Shown: positions 37,420-49,740 of the stretch, piece after piece | Numbering within the stretch: the stretch's first letter is position 1 | How the letters are laid out: every line of letters begins with the position of its first letter | DNA from: Macrostomum lignano | Taxonomy: Eukaryota | DNA length: 64,000 nt | Direction of reading: 5' to 3' | NCBI GenBank assembly: GCA_002269645.1 | Contig: NIVC01002331.1 | Span: 119,125-183,124, forward strand | Position numbers and translations under genes: made by a program | The notes under the pieces: model-generated | Seen by the model: the letters and a program-made list of their open reading frames with translations, nothing else | The model's database searches: none | What the model was told of the DNA's origin: nothing

Positions 37420-39788
37420 CTGTCCAGGGGCGCGGCGTGGGGGTTCATAGTTTTTAAAATTATTTTGAAAATCTGAGAACTCCTGTGCTAAAGCATGCTA
37501 GGGCGCGAATGATAAGGGCGTGAAATGTTTCAAATAAATTATATTGAAAAATAAATATTATTAAATAGTTTATATTTAATATTCAATATTCAATTTATAT
37601 TCAATAGTAAATTATATTCATTACGAAGAAACAAAATGCTGATTTTTTGCTAAATGTCAAAACTACTATTGGCTTCAATGGGGGCGAAGTGTGCTTGCAA
37701 GATTATTTGAACTCACATTGCACCAAGATAAAATTGATTGGCCGTTTCTGCCACGAGAACCAAAGACTGATTGCTGATTTCTAGTGTAGCAATGCTTGAG
37801 CTGAGCTCTGCAAAGAGAAAGGCATTGGTTAAAAATCCTGTTTAATTTGTATACTTATGCTAGCAAAATAAAGAAAACTCACCAGAATATGAGAAGTACC
37901 TATGGCTGCTAACTGGATATTTACATGCTGAAGGCTTTGCAAGGTAGCCAACTATGAGAAGCATAGAAGCAAAGATGAACTTTGTCATCTTGCTCTGCAA
38001 ATAGCAACTAAATGCTTACTAGTAGAGCTCTGCTGGAATTTTTAAGCAATTTTAATTGAATTGTTTTGATATGCATAGGGATACATATAATTTTATTTAT
38101 CAAAAAACAAAATTAGAAAAAAATATTTCATAACCTATAAATCTATATAGTTGATTCATTCATTGATTTATTTATACTAACTTAGTAACTATTTAAATAT
38201 ACCTTAAACTATTGGAAGAATTAGTTTTTTCCTATAATTTTTATGCTATGATATTTGCTAGTATATATGCGCTAGTCTAGTCAATTTTTTAAATAATTAT
38301 AAATGATGGAATTTTTTATATAGGCTAATATTATATTAGAAATATTTTTAGTTCCCTAGACTTATAATTATAAAGAAATACGAAGCTTATAAAAGGGCCT
38401 AATCTTGATTTCTTGATTTTTGGCTTCTAAAAAAGTTTATTTAATGTTGTTCTATGTATCATTATCATTTAAAACTAACAGCATAAAGTAAAACTCAAGA
38501 TCATACTTAAATACTGTCTGAATAAAGATTAATTTAAATTAGCTAGATTAGCTAGCCTACAATCAAGCTGAGACAAAGAACCTTTAAAATACATATTTAA
38601 ATAAAATAAAACCTTTATTTTTAACACCTAACCCTCGAGAATTAAGCGTAGCACTCGGACTTGATGAGAGATTCGAAACAAAGAACAAGTTTTTTTATAG
38701 CATGACTATGACCTCGATGAGTAGGCCTACGTGCACGACGAAGCATCTATTGGATAAGATGAATTATTATTAGCCAATTGGCTTCAGTGGAAACAAACTT
38801 ATGACTGTTCAGCGCTCAAAAAAGGATATAGAGTTGTTATTTAAACATTTAATTGCTATACAGCAATAAAGTAACGCTGAGAAATTCTTCAACCTTATAT
38901 TTTGATTTCTACAGTTTCTTTTACTACGCTAAAACTCTTCCGGCTTTGATCAAGTCATTTTGGTGTCAAAAAAGCGATAGTTTTATGATATTTGAAATAG
39001 CAAAATCGAATTCCATTAAACCTGTTAATCATTTTTTATTCAGAAAACTAAATTTAAAGCTACAGCCTAAAGAATCTGTTTTGGCATCGAAAAATGTTTT
39101 TGTTCTTTCTTTTAATTACATTGGTCTTTGGCTACATCTTTTTTTTAATCTATCCCTTATACTAAAAATGAGCCTCACATTACTTTTTTAAAACATTAAG
39201 AAAAAACAGTAAAAATCGATATACTTTCCACAGAAGAAACCCTATTGAATGATTCTGCTTCAAAGAAACGCATCACAATGCGCATGCAAATCGAATCCAT
39301 GCGTGTATTGGACAACGGAATAATCACGTTCAACGGCGGCCCAGTCGGTCTTCTGCACACGCTTTAGCCGCTGCCGGCGTTGCCGAGGTAGCTGAACAGG
39401 TAATACAGCCGCTTCTCAGAGAAGCCGAGCTCTCAGCAGTCAGAAGCAGGCCGGTCCTCATGCTCAGCACCCATTACATTGTAGCTATATAGTCTATCAC
39501 GTACCGGCACTAAAAATCACCAGAGTACCCCCGCCAAAGAACTTCAGCAGATATCTGAAAAGGGTCTGACAGTCATAATGTTTTGGCCATTATTCAACTC
39601 AGTTGCATACTATACAAGTGCAAATTGTATTTATACTTTCACTCAGCGCTCAGTCATTATTCCACACTTTTGCGGCCATTATTCCACACTTTTGTCGCTG
39701 TCATTATTCCACACTTTTTATCATGCTTCAATTGGCTGTTTTAAGAGTTGTTTTACCCATAGACGACTGAGTTGTGTGGCTTAGTTTG

Positions 39789-40531
39789 ACCATAGACAAC
39801 ACTGTGATGAGTGCTGAGTTTGCTTGCGTCTTGCAAGAAATCAGGAAAGCGAGTAGTGGGAGAAAAAGCTATTTGTCTTGTCAAACAACTATGGCTATAG
39901 TGCATCTCGTCAAACAGCCGCGCTTATTAATTGGAAAAATCTTCCTGTCGACGACTGAACGAACCGTGCGGCGCTACCTAGGAAGAAAACGCGACCATGC
40001 AGTCTTCAACGCCTCGACGGCTATAAACGATGCCTGAAAGCGGCCAATCGATTCAGTCGAGCAGCCGACAGTCCCAAAAAATCCCAGCTTTGGATACTGC
40101 GGTACCAAAGAAGCTCATCAGACGAAGCTCATCAGTCGCATGCCAACTTAACCAAGTCGTGCATCTTTCAAATGGTAAGTTCGGCAACTATACTTGAGCA
40201 CCTGTATTTCTCTTTCATAGAAAACATTCAACATAGACCAACTCCTTTTGCAGTGCCAAATCATCAGGCTAAAGTGTCGAGCATCTTTGGAAACTGCGGC
40301 TTTGAGAACTGTGCATGTTTCACTTTGGGTGACAAATTGATTTTTACATTGTCAAATTTCGACTACAAACTGATAAACTGCACTAGCTGTGACATTTATT
40401 ATTAACTCTTTTCGTGTAGCTGGTACTTTAGTTTTAATGATTTTTCCTTTTTGTTCATTTACTTCTTGTTGTTCTGTATTTATTAACAAAAATACTGAGC
40501 GATGGATTTTTTCAATCCAAATGTCTATGGT
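39789..40531. mobile_element. Candidate non-autonomous DNA transposon with 10-bp TIRs
   Basis: ACCATAGACA (39789-39798) and TGTCTATGGT (40522-40531) are a perfect inverted pair; no TSD recognised. Confidence 0.3.
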
Positions 40532-41325
40532 ACACATCAAAACTGTGGAATAATGGCCAAAATATTTTTTCATTGCGTCTGGGTAAAAGTATAATTACAA
40601 TGGAAACAAAATGAATGAACTAAAATGTAGCTCGAGTCCGACCATAGACTTACAGTAAGTCAAAAGCTAGCGTAAAATAACAAAAGTACTTTTGATTGAA
40701 TGCACCCAAACTTCTTTGTTGGGCTGCTGTAATACAGAGATATCTATGGAAAAACTCGAAGAAACATAAAACTTTTAAAGTAGTGGAATATTTCCCACTG
40801 GGCTTCAGCTTCACTGCTTTTTGTTCCCTCCTTTTGTTGCGCCAAAAATCATGGATCTGCATTCAAGTGTTGCTCAGAGGAGCGTGGTTTACACCCTTTG
40901 GATGATAGAAACACTTTATAGTGTTTATAGTATCTATGGGGCACAGTGCAGCCGGGATTCATGCTCAACTTTCATTGGCTCATGGGTCTAGTGCAAGTCA
41001 TTTACCGCAGTTATTTTATAGCATTCACTGCAGCCAGTTACTCATTTTTTCCTCGATTTTTTTCGAAATTTCGCTAGCTTGTACTGTAAGTCTAGTTATG
41101 GTTGAACTCCTGTTACAATTTTTTTCATAACTTTTGTTTCCATATTTTTGTTTGTTTTAAAAGATGTTAAAATTATTACGGAGAGGAGAGTTTCCGCCAT
41201 TAAATTGTGCAAAATGATGTTATTTAGATTATTAGAACGAGAGATATAATCAAAAGTAACACTACTTTTGGGACAGCCCAATATAATGTAATATAATGTA
41301 ATATCCATAATGAGTACCTGTAGCT

Positions 41326-41592
41326 ACCCAGTCTCTGCATATACACGAGAGTACATGCCGATTTTGCCGCGTATTCAGATTAACCTACGTGTTTGCACAC
41401 GATTTTTATCCTGCAAAAGCACGCGTAAAAGCAGCGTAACCTCTTGCTCTCTGTTAATAATCCGCAATGCGTATAAAAAGCATATAAAAAACTTTAACAC
41501 TAAACGTTTAGGACTTTCCAGCCATATAATTTGCGGGCGATCACAACGCATTTTACGCCAAGTAGTAATACGCGTTTGAACCGACACTGGGT
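41326..41592. mobile_element. Candidate MITE
   Basis: ACCCAGTCTCTG ... CCGACACTGGGT, 10/12 inverted match, about 267 bp; no clear TSD. Confidence 0.3.
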
Positions 41593-41769
41593 TGAGGGTA
41601 TGTAACTTTAAATAAATTTTCTTCAGTTTAAACCAATTTCCTGCAATAGGCGCATCGGCTACTGAATTATGAGTAGTTTTTGGCCTGCGCAATGCGTGTC
41701 ACATCTTTGCTGCTGTTCTGCATGCAGTGAGTGGCGTACGTAGGAAGTTCAATTTGAGTGGCAGGCAAT

Positions 41770-42155
41770 TTGGTGTCTTGTTGAGCGCCACTGTCTCTTG
41801 GTGGGCGCCCCTGTCTCTTGGTGGGCGCCCCTGTCTCTTGGTGGGCGCCTCTGTCTCTTGGTGCGCGCCACTGTCTCTTGGAGGGCGACTCTGTCTCTTG
41901 GTGGGCGCCCCTGTCTCTTGGTGGGCGCCCCTGTCTCTTGGTGGGCGCCCCTGTCTCTTGGTGGGCGCCCCTGTCTCTTGGTGGGCGCCTCTGTCTCTTG
42001 GTGCGCGCCACTGTCTCTTGGAGGGCGACTCTGTCTCTTGGTGGGCGCCCCTGTCTCTTGGTGGGCGCCCCTGTCTCTTGGTGGACGCCCCTGTCTCTTG
42101 GTGGACGCCCCTGTCTCTTGGTGGACGCCCCTGTCTCTTGGTGGGCGCCTCTGTT
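41770..42155. repeat. 20-bp minisatellite CTGTCTCTTGGTGGGCGCCC with a duplicated 6-7 unit variant block
   Basis: Tandem units visible. Confidence 0.95.
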
Positions 42156-43094
42156 TCTTTGTCGGCAAAGTGGGCAAAAGAATTGAGCTCCCGTCATTCC
42201 ACGAGCTTGGTTTTGCGTCATTATCATAAATTTAAAACAAATGAATAGGAAAAACAAACAAAAAATAGCGAGTGCTAATTCGAACAATAAATATCAATTT
42301 TGGAAACTTTTATTGAGTACTGTTGAGTACTGAATGTCTCGGTGGAGAATCTGTAATAGAAAATGCAATAGTCGATTGTATTTTGCGTCCATAGTTTCTT
42401 CAATTTGTAATATTATATTTGATATTCAGCTAAAGCTTCTCGCCTTCAGAGAAATTGTAAAATTTCAAGGGCTTTAGTATTTAAACAGGTGCAGCTGGTT
42501 TAAGTATTTTCGCATTTAAACAAAACATTAAAGTTTAAACTTTATGGCCTTGGTTTCACTGTGAGTTTGGAGCCATTATTCCAACCGTGACAGACAGTGC
42601 GCACGACTGTGTTAAGTCACAGGTTCAAGTGCAATTAACAAAGGTGCAAAGCTCGTCAAAAATTTACGATGAAATACGCAAGTCACGAATATTTTTCAAC
42701 TAAGACAGCCGATGAATGAACACAAGAACTTTTATGTACACAGGTAGCTGTAAATTTATAGATCAGAAAACATATTTAAGATTGTCTGGCTTCATACTAT
42801 AGGACTTATTGAATGCGATAGATTGCTTTCAGTAGTAAATTAAGGATTTTAATTCAAGAATCACTAAATTTATGGAAATGTGTCCTCCACACAGATTTTC
42901 AATAGAATGCGTTGCCCATCAACTGAGGTTTAATCGCAAACAAACTTCGGACCAGAAAAGCCTCTGCAAAAGAAAACTTCAGAGGTGGAAACGGTTGTAA
43001 TTTTTCTTGAGTTTTGTTTATTTTTCAAGTCTCTAGTTAGTGTTATAACAATATAACTCTATTATAACAAGTTATAATTATCAAATATTGATTA

Positions 43095-43355
43095 CACCTG
43101 CCCTAATAGTCCAGCCGCAGCTATTGCGCGGGGCATCTGAAGGCTGTGTACGGCTGTTCAGTCCAAGGACTGGGGGGTCGCAACACACAGCCTCAATTAT
43201 CCCAGCTAATGCTGGCGCCCATTTTACAGCTGGGTGAACTGAAGTAATACGGAGTTGGGTGTCTTGCTCAAGGACACAATTCCGAAAGGGTCGAGAATCG
43301 AACCTCCGACCTTTCAGTCGTGAGTCCAACGCTCTGACCACTGGGCTACAACTCC
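43095..43355 (-). mobile_element. tRNA-derived SINE with CORE-like central domain
   Basis: Reverse complement: A-box TAGCCCAGTGG, CTCACGA loop, B-box GGTTCGATTCT, then TGTGTCCTTGAGCAAGACAC...CACCCAGCTGTAAAATGGG, resembling the CORE/MIR-type 'CCTTGGGCAAG...CTGTAAAATGGG' domain. Confidence 0.8.
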
Positions 43356-43476
43356 TCAAACAACACTAAACCAGCAAAATTTAGTGTTAAAACTTGGTTT
43401 TCACTTGTTCTACTTATGCATTCACATGAGGTTCCAACAACATGCTTTTCACACCAATTTAAATTAGTCGAATAAA

Positions 43477-44583
43477 TCAATGCAAGGGCGTCACTTTGCC
43501 CGCCGTGGCGGCCGCTGCAAACACCTGCGCCAGGGCCAGCGCCTCGGCAATCGACGGAGACGACGACGTCGTTATCGTGGCTGTCGGAAAGTCGCCGATC
43601 GCGGTGGAAAATGACGAGCAGGAGGCGACTGCGGAAGTTGGCGGCGGCGGCTGCGGCTGCGGCGACGGCTTGCCGAAGCAGCGCAGTCGAACGTTCTGCT
43701 GGGCCAGTAGGTCGTTGCTGGCCAGCAGCTGGGCGCACTGCAGCCGCAGTTCGTCGGCTCGACGCCGCAGTAGGCAGTTTTCCTCTACTAGGAGTCGAGC
43801 CTCGCAGGGACCCCCGGCTGCGGCGGGAGCGGCGACGGAGGCGACTGCGACGTTGGCCGCCGATGAGGCAGCGATGACGGCCCAGAGAGAGGCCGGGTCC
43901 ACAGCGAAGGCGGCTGCAGGCGACGCGGCAGCCAACGACGTCTGCAGCGGCTGCAACGGCTGCGGTGGAGGTGGCGGCAGTGGCGGTGGCGGCGGCGAGA
44001 AGGCAGCCAAAGCGGCTGAGGCAGCGACAGCAGCTGCTGCCTGTTCATAGTCAGATTCCAGCTTGCGTCGCTTAGCCAGGTCGTAAAACTGCTGCTGCTG
44101 CTGATGCTTCTGCTGCTCCTGCTGTTGCTGCTGTTGCTGCAGGTCGCAGTCTCCAACAGCGGCGGCCAGAAGCTCGGCCGGGGTCACGTGACGAAAGCGA
44201 CACTTAGCAGCGCGTTTGCAGTCACCTTTCAGATGGTCCTTGCAGACTGGCGGCTGGTCCCCTGTAGAGATGAGGCAGCGCAGGCGAGCGGGCACCTCCC
44301 CGGTGGCTCGGTAGGCCGCCTCCTCCTCGCGGCTGCAGTGGGCGAAGCGGCAGTTCGGCCGCGGACAGCCGGCGTTCTGGAAGTCGTGGCAGAAAACGAT
44401 CTCCGCCCTCGCTAAGCGCGCACACTCGCCAGCCTCCGGGTGCCGGTAGCGGCAGCGGCGGCCGCGGCGGCACACGTGGCGAAGGTAGTCGCGACAGACC
44501 GCGTCAATGGCAGAGCCGCCGCTGCCGATGCCGCTGTCGCCCGATGAGTCTTCTGCTCCGGCCACGCCGTCTGAGCTGCTCAT
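43477..44583 (-). CDS. ZC3H10: Zinc finger CCCH domain-containing protein 10 (3 CCCH fingers plus coiled coil), single coding exon, 368 aa
   Basis: VCRDYLRHVCRRGRRCRYRHP, FCHDFQNAGCPRPNCRFAH, VCKDHLKGDCKRAAKCRFRH, YDLAKRR and EENCLLRRRADELRLQCAQLLASNDLLAQQN match the ZC3H10 architecture motif for motif. Confidence 0.93.
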   Translation of the reverse strand: MSSSDGVAGAEDSSGDSGIGSGGSAIDAVCRDYLRHVCRRGRRCRYRHPEAGECARLARAEIVFCHDFQNAGCPRPNCRFAHCSREEEAAYRATGEVPARLRCLISTGDQPPVCKDHLKGDCKRAAKCRFRHVTPAELLAAAVGDCDLQQQQQQQEQQKHQQQQQFYDLAKRRKLESDYEQAAAAVAASAALAAFSPPPPPLPPPPPQPLQPLQTSLAAASPAAAFAVDPASLWAVIAASSAANVAVASVAAPAAAGGPCEARLLVEENCLLRRRADELRLQCAQLLASNDLLAQQNVRLRCFGKPSPQPQPPPPTSAVASCSSFSTAIGDFPTATITTSSSPSIAEALALAQVFAAAATAGKVTPLH

Positions 44584-44624
44584 CGTCCGAGCTGATGAAG
44601 CTGAGCTTCCGGCTGGGTTGGGGT

Positions 44625-45605
44625 TGACTATGCTGTTATGATTATGATGACCATGATATGACTATGATGACCATGTTCTGCCTATGATGACCATGTTCTG
44701 CCTATGATGACCATGTTCTGCCTATGATGACCATGTTCTGCCTATTATGACCATGTTCTGACCATAATGACCGTGTTATGACTTTGATGACCATGTTGTG
44801 ACTATGATGAAAATGTTGTGACTATGATGACCATGATATGGCTATGATGACCATGTTATGACTATGATGACCATGTTGTGACTATGATGAAAATGTTGTG
44901 ACTATGATGACCATGATATGGCTATGATGACCATGTTATGACTATGATGACCATGTTATGACCATGATGACCATGTTGTGACTATGATGAAAATGTTGTG
45001 ACAATGATGACCATGATATGGCTATGATGACCATGTTATGACTATGATGACCATGTTATGACTATGATGACCATGTTGTGACTATGATGAAAATGTTGTG
45101 ACTATGATGACCATGATATGGCTATGATGACCATGTTGTGACTATGATGAAAATGTTGTGACTATGATGACCATAATATGGCTATGATGCCCATGTTATG
45201 ACTATGATGACCATGTTGTGACTATGATGAAAATGTTGTGACTATGATGACCATGATATGGCTATGATGACCATGTTGTGACTATGATGAAAATGTTGTG
45301 ACTATGATGACCATAATATGGCTATGATGCCCATGTTATGACTATGATGACAATGCTGTGACTATGATGAAAATGTTGTGACTATGATGACCATGATATT
45401 GCTATGATGACCATGTTATGACTATGATGACAATGCTGTGACTATGATGAAAATGTTGTGACTATGATGACCATGATATGGCTATGATGACCATGTTATG
45501 ACTATGATGACAATGCTGTGACTATGATGAATATGTTATGACTAAGATGACCATGTCATGACTATGATGACTATGTCATGACTATGATGACCACGTTATG
45601 ACTAC
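44625..45605. repeat. 20-bp minisatellite GACTATGATGACCATGTTAT with 60/80-bp higher-order pattern
   Basis: Tandem units starting about 10 nt from the ZC3H10 upstream acceptor. Confidence 0.95.
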
Positions 45606-46658
45606 GACTAGATAATAACATTTCTGACAAAAAAAGTAATCACTGTTGACTGACATTTTCTCCATCATTTTTCTCAATTTTCTCATTCAATTCCAATTTC
45701 GCTGTTATTGCCAGCTCGAACAGTCAGCAGGCAGAAATAAAATTGATCAAAAGCGGCTCCCAGACTCGAATTGCTTTTTTTGATCCTTCGGGCTAAAAAG
45801 CCGCTATTGACTTCAAGCCATGGAGGATTTTCTGGGGAGAGGTCGCCTTTGTCGGGATATGGAGTTCGATTTCTCAAAGGCTCACCTTGCCGCGCCGCGG
45901 GGGGCCATCATAGCTCGGGGGTATTATTATATACAACACAGCGCGCTAATCTCCATCATCAATGGCCTCTTTTGTGCGATAGAAATTAAGCCTGGCGGCT
46001 GGCTTTAGCGTGGGGAGGGGGGAGGCGTTTGAGCACACCATCTTCTGCATCAGCGGAGCTTCAAGTCGGCAATTTCAGACTAACTTTCAGCCCCCCCCCC
46101 GACCACACTCGATGCCCATGACCAGCGGCGCCGCCTATAGTACCCCATTCTGCTGGGCCTAATGGATTTCTGCGGGGATAAGGAGAGGCAGGCTGGAGGC
46201 GCTCGGGGGAGGAATAGGTGATGAGGAATAGATGAGACGAGCTGAGAGTCCAATCCGAGGGCTTGACTGGGATTTAGGGAGGTCGGGGGGGGAGTTTTTA
46301 GTCAAGGAACTTCTGTCTGGCAGTTTTAGCGGATATGCGGCGATCTGTGGGAGGCAAAGTGACCGAGTGCGGGGCAGCGATTTCGCCACAGGCGAGGAGT
46401 GGCTCAGAGCAGATGACACAGGCTAGTACGCGGAGCTGGATGCGTGATATGAGACGGAGCAGAGAGAGAGAGAGAGAGAGAGAGGGGGATCTCTCCCATT
46501 TTATCCCGAAAGCTTTCGCAATATCCCTTATCTCGGCAGCAGACTCGCAGTTCCAAGGTGAAAGGGTCTCTCTGGGCGCCGCGGGACTGCCAGGATCCCC
46601 ATGGGGATGTGACGAAGTGGCTTCAGTCTAGACGGAGAGCTGGTTCAAGCCGAGGTCT

Positions 46659-46808
<150 letters not shown>

Positions 46809-47739
46809 AAGACACAGAGTGAGCTGGCGAGCGGGAAATTAAGATTCACGAGCTCGAGGATTTTGCGATCTTGCCTCGAGAGTCGAGAGAGGGTTTGGTG
46901 GATAAATATAAACGCAGGTGAGGCAGGTAGTTGGGATTAGAATTCTATAGAATCTTGGCTAAAACCGCGGCTCAGCTCCCACAGAAAAGGCCCACTTCCC
47001 TAAGCCTTTTCGTGGTTAGAAAACTGTCAGAATTCTTTTTTGCGGCGAAAACATCACTGAGCTGCCATTACCGATGCGACAGCGCTCCGTTTTCCCCGGG
47101 GGCCAGCCAGCATCTCTGCAGCTCCATCATCTGCACCCTCCCCATCCCTACTCCGGCGGTCAATTGTTTCTCTCCAATCAATAAAATATGGGAAGATAGT
47201 GCGAGAGAGAATTCCCTAGGTGATTAATGCCGACCGCGCATCTTAACCAACCCTCCCCCAACCCCAAGGTATCACTTGGTAGCCGGGGGGGGGTTGAGCG
47301 CCAGAATGCCAATCCCGGGATGAATTAACATTGATCTAAGAAATTATTGATAGCAGGCGACAGTAAAGTTATTCTCTTGCAGCTAGCAGGGTAATTATAA
47401 TACAGAAGCGTATTAATAAATCACTGCTTCTGTTGGTAATCTGGAAATTTAATATGTAGAAATGAAAAAATCTGTCAATTGCAAGATGAAAATCGTAGAG
47501 GGGTTTGAGCTGTTGATTCACTCATTTATATTCGAAATCGGAACTCGCAGCTTTATCTCCTCACTTGTTCCTGCCCTCGATTCCAAATCTTACATACACC
47601 ACAGCACCTTCAACCTCCGTCATCTTTTTTTCAGTTTACACGCCAAAACTTCTTCATCACTTTTTCTATCCACTGCATATTTATTATGCTCGTTTTCCAT
47701 TCGCTTTTTACCGTGTCAGTGTTCGCCAATTCCCCTTTC

Positions 47740-47898
47740 TCCCCTCTCTACTCTCCCTCTCTCAATCCTCTCCCTCTCTCTCCTCTCTCTCCCCTCTCTG
47801 TCTCCTCTCTCAATCCTCTCTCACTCCTCTCTCACTCCTCTCTCTCTCCTCTCTCTCCTCTCTCTCCCCTCTCTGTCTCCTCTCTCACTCCTCTCTCA

Positions 47899-47950
<52 letters not shown>

Positions 47951-48272
47951 CTCACTCCTCTCTTTCTCTCTCAATCCTCTCTCACTCCTCTCTCACTCCT
48001 CTCTCACTCCTCTCTCACTCCTCTCTCTCTCCTCTCTCTCCCCTCTCTGTCTCCTCTCTCACTCCTCTCTTTCTCTCTCTCAATCCCCTCCCTCTTTCTC
48101 CTCTCTCTCTCCTCTCTCCTCTCTCTCCTCTCTCTCCTCGCTCTCCTCTCTCTCTATATCTTTCCTCTCCCTCTCCCACCTCTCTCCTCCCCTCTCTATT
48201 TCCTCTCCCTCTCTCTTCTCTCCTTCTCACACCTCTAACTCTTTCCATCTCTCTCCCAAGTCTCTCTCCCTC
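47740..48272. repeat. CT-rich low-complexity / CTCCTCTCTCA array
   Basis: Direct reading. Confidence 0.9.
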
Positions 48273-48290
48273 TAGTGATTTTAATTCAGA

Positions 48291-48485
48291 AGGCAGAGCA
48301 GGTCAGCGGTAAACGCGTCTGAGTCTCGCGCCGCAACCCCTGGTTCGATTCCGTGCGCAAACATTCATTTGAGGCTTGTGCACGAAAATTAGCCGGCGGC
48401 CGGTTGTCGTGCGATTGACACCCATAATGGCCAACCCCCAAGGCACAGAGAGTGTGCATGCCTGACGATACATGCCTGACGAGAC
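48291..48485 (+). mobile_element. SINE family X, copy D
   Basis: GGTCAGCGGTAAACGCGTC...CCCCTGGTTCGATTCCGTGCGC...ATGGCCAACCCCCAAGGCACAGAGAGTGTGCATGCCTGAC. Confidence 0.78.
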
Positions 48486-48649
48486 ATTGACTTGTTTAGC
48501 AAACAGCAAAGGGCTCAGCGAAAGAGACAGCGAATACAGTTTCTTTGCACTGCTCTACTGCTTTGCACTACCTTTGCGATTTCTTTCCTGTGCGATTCAC
48601 TGATGACAGGGCAGGCCCAGCTCACACGTGAGCGATCAGAGAAGGTAAT

Positions 48650-49740
48650 TCATGAGCAATCAGAGAGGGAGTAACTCATGAGCAATCAGAGAGGGTGCTG
48701 GCTCAACCACCACGCCCTTGAGCAATCAGAGAGGGTGCTGGCTCAACCCTCCACGCCCTTGAGCAATCGGAGAGGGTGTTGTCTCAACCCCCCACGCCCA
48801 TGAGCAATCAGAGAGGGTGCTGGCTCAACCCCCCCCCACGCCCTTGAGCAACCAGGGAGGGTGCTGGCTCAACCCCCCCCCCCCACGCCCTTGAGCAACC
48901 AGGGAGGGTGCTGGCTCAACCCTCCACGCCCTTGAGCAATCGGAGAGGGTGTTGGCTCAACCCCCCACGCCCATGAGCAATCAGAGAGGGTGCTGGCTCA
49001 ACCCTCCACGCCCTTGAGCAATCAGGGAGGGTGCTGGCTCAACCCTCCACGCCCTTGAGCAATCAGGGAGGGTGTTGGCTCAACCCCCCACGCCCATGAG
49101 CAATCAGAGAGGGTGCTGGCTCAACCCTCCACGCCCTTGAGCAATCAGGGAGGGTGCTGGCTCAACCCTCCACGCCCTTGAGCAATCAGAGAGGGTGCTG
49201 GCTCAACCCTCCACGCCCTTGAGCAATCGGAGAGGGTGCTGGCTCAACCCCCCACGCCCATGAGCAATCAGAGAGGGTGCTGGCTCAACCCTCCACGCCC
49301 TTGAGCAATCAGGGAGGGTGCTGGCTCAACCCTCCACGCCCTTGAGCAATCGGAGAGGGTGTTGGCTCAACCCCCCACGCCCATGAGCAATCAGAGAGGG
49401 TGCTGGCTCAACCCCCCACGCCCTTGAGCAATCAGGGAGGGTGCTGGCTCAACCCTCCACGCCCTTGAGCAATCAGGGAGGGTGCTGACTCAACCCTCCA
49501 CGCCCTTGAGCAATCGGAGAGGGTGTTGGCTTAACCCCACCCCATGAGCAATCAGAGAGGGTGCTGGCTCAACCCTCCACGCCCTTGAGCAATCAGGGAG
49601 GGTGCTGGCTCAACCCTCCACGCCCTTGAGCAATCAGGGAGGGTGCTGGCTCAACCCTCCACACCCTTGAGCAATCAGGGAGGGTGCTGGCTCAACCCCC
49701 TACGCCCTTGAGCAATCAGGGAGGGTGCTGGCTCAACCTA
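48650..49740. repeat. 41-bp minisatellite GAGCAATCAGAGAGGGTGCTGGCTCAACCCTCCACGCCCTT
   Basis: About 26 units; internal GAGGGT/ACCCTC stem. Confidence 0.96.

Noticed and set aside
37420-37448. ATG at 37448 as the semaphorin start codon
   Set aside because: It would give no signal peptide for a type I membrane protein; the segment resembles the C-rich acceptor regions of other introns here. Not fully excluded.
39300-39480. GC-richer island with transposase-like wording on the minus strand (GFSEKRLYYLFSYLG)
   Set aside because: Stops in all frames and no motif I can assign with confidence.
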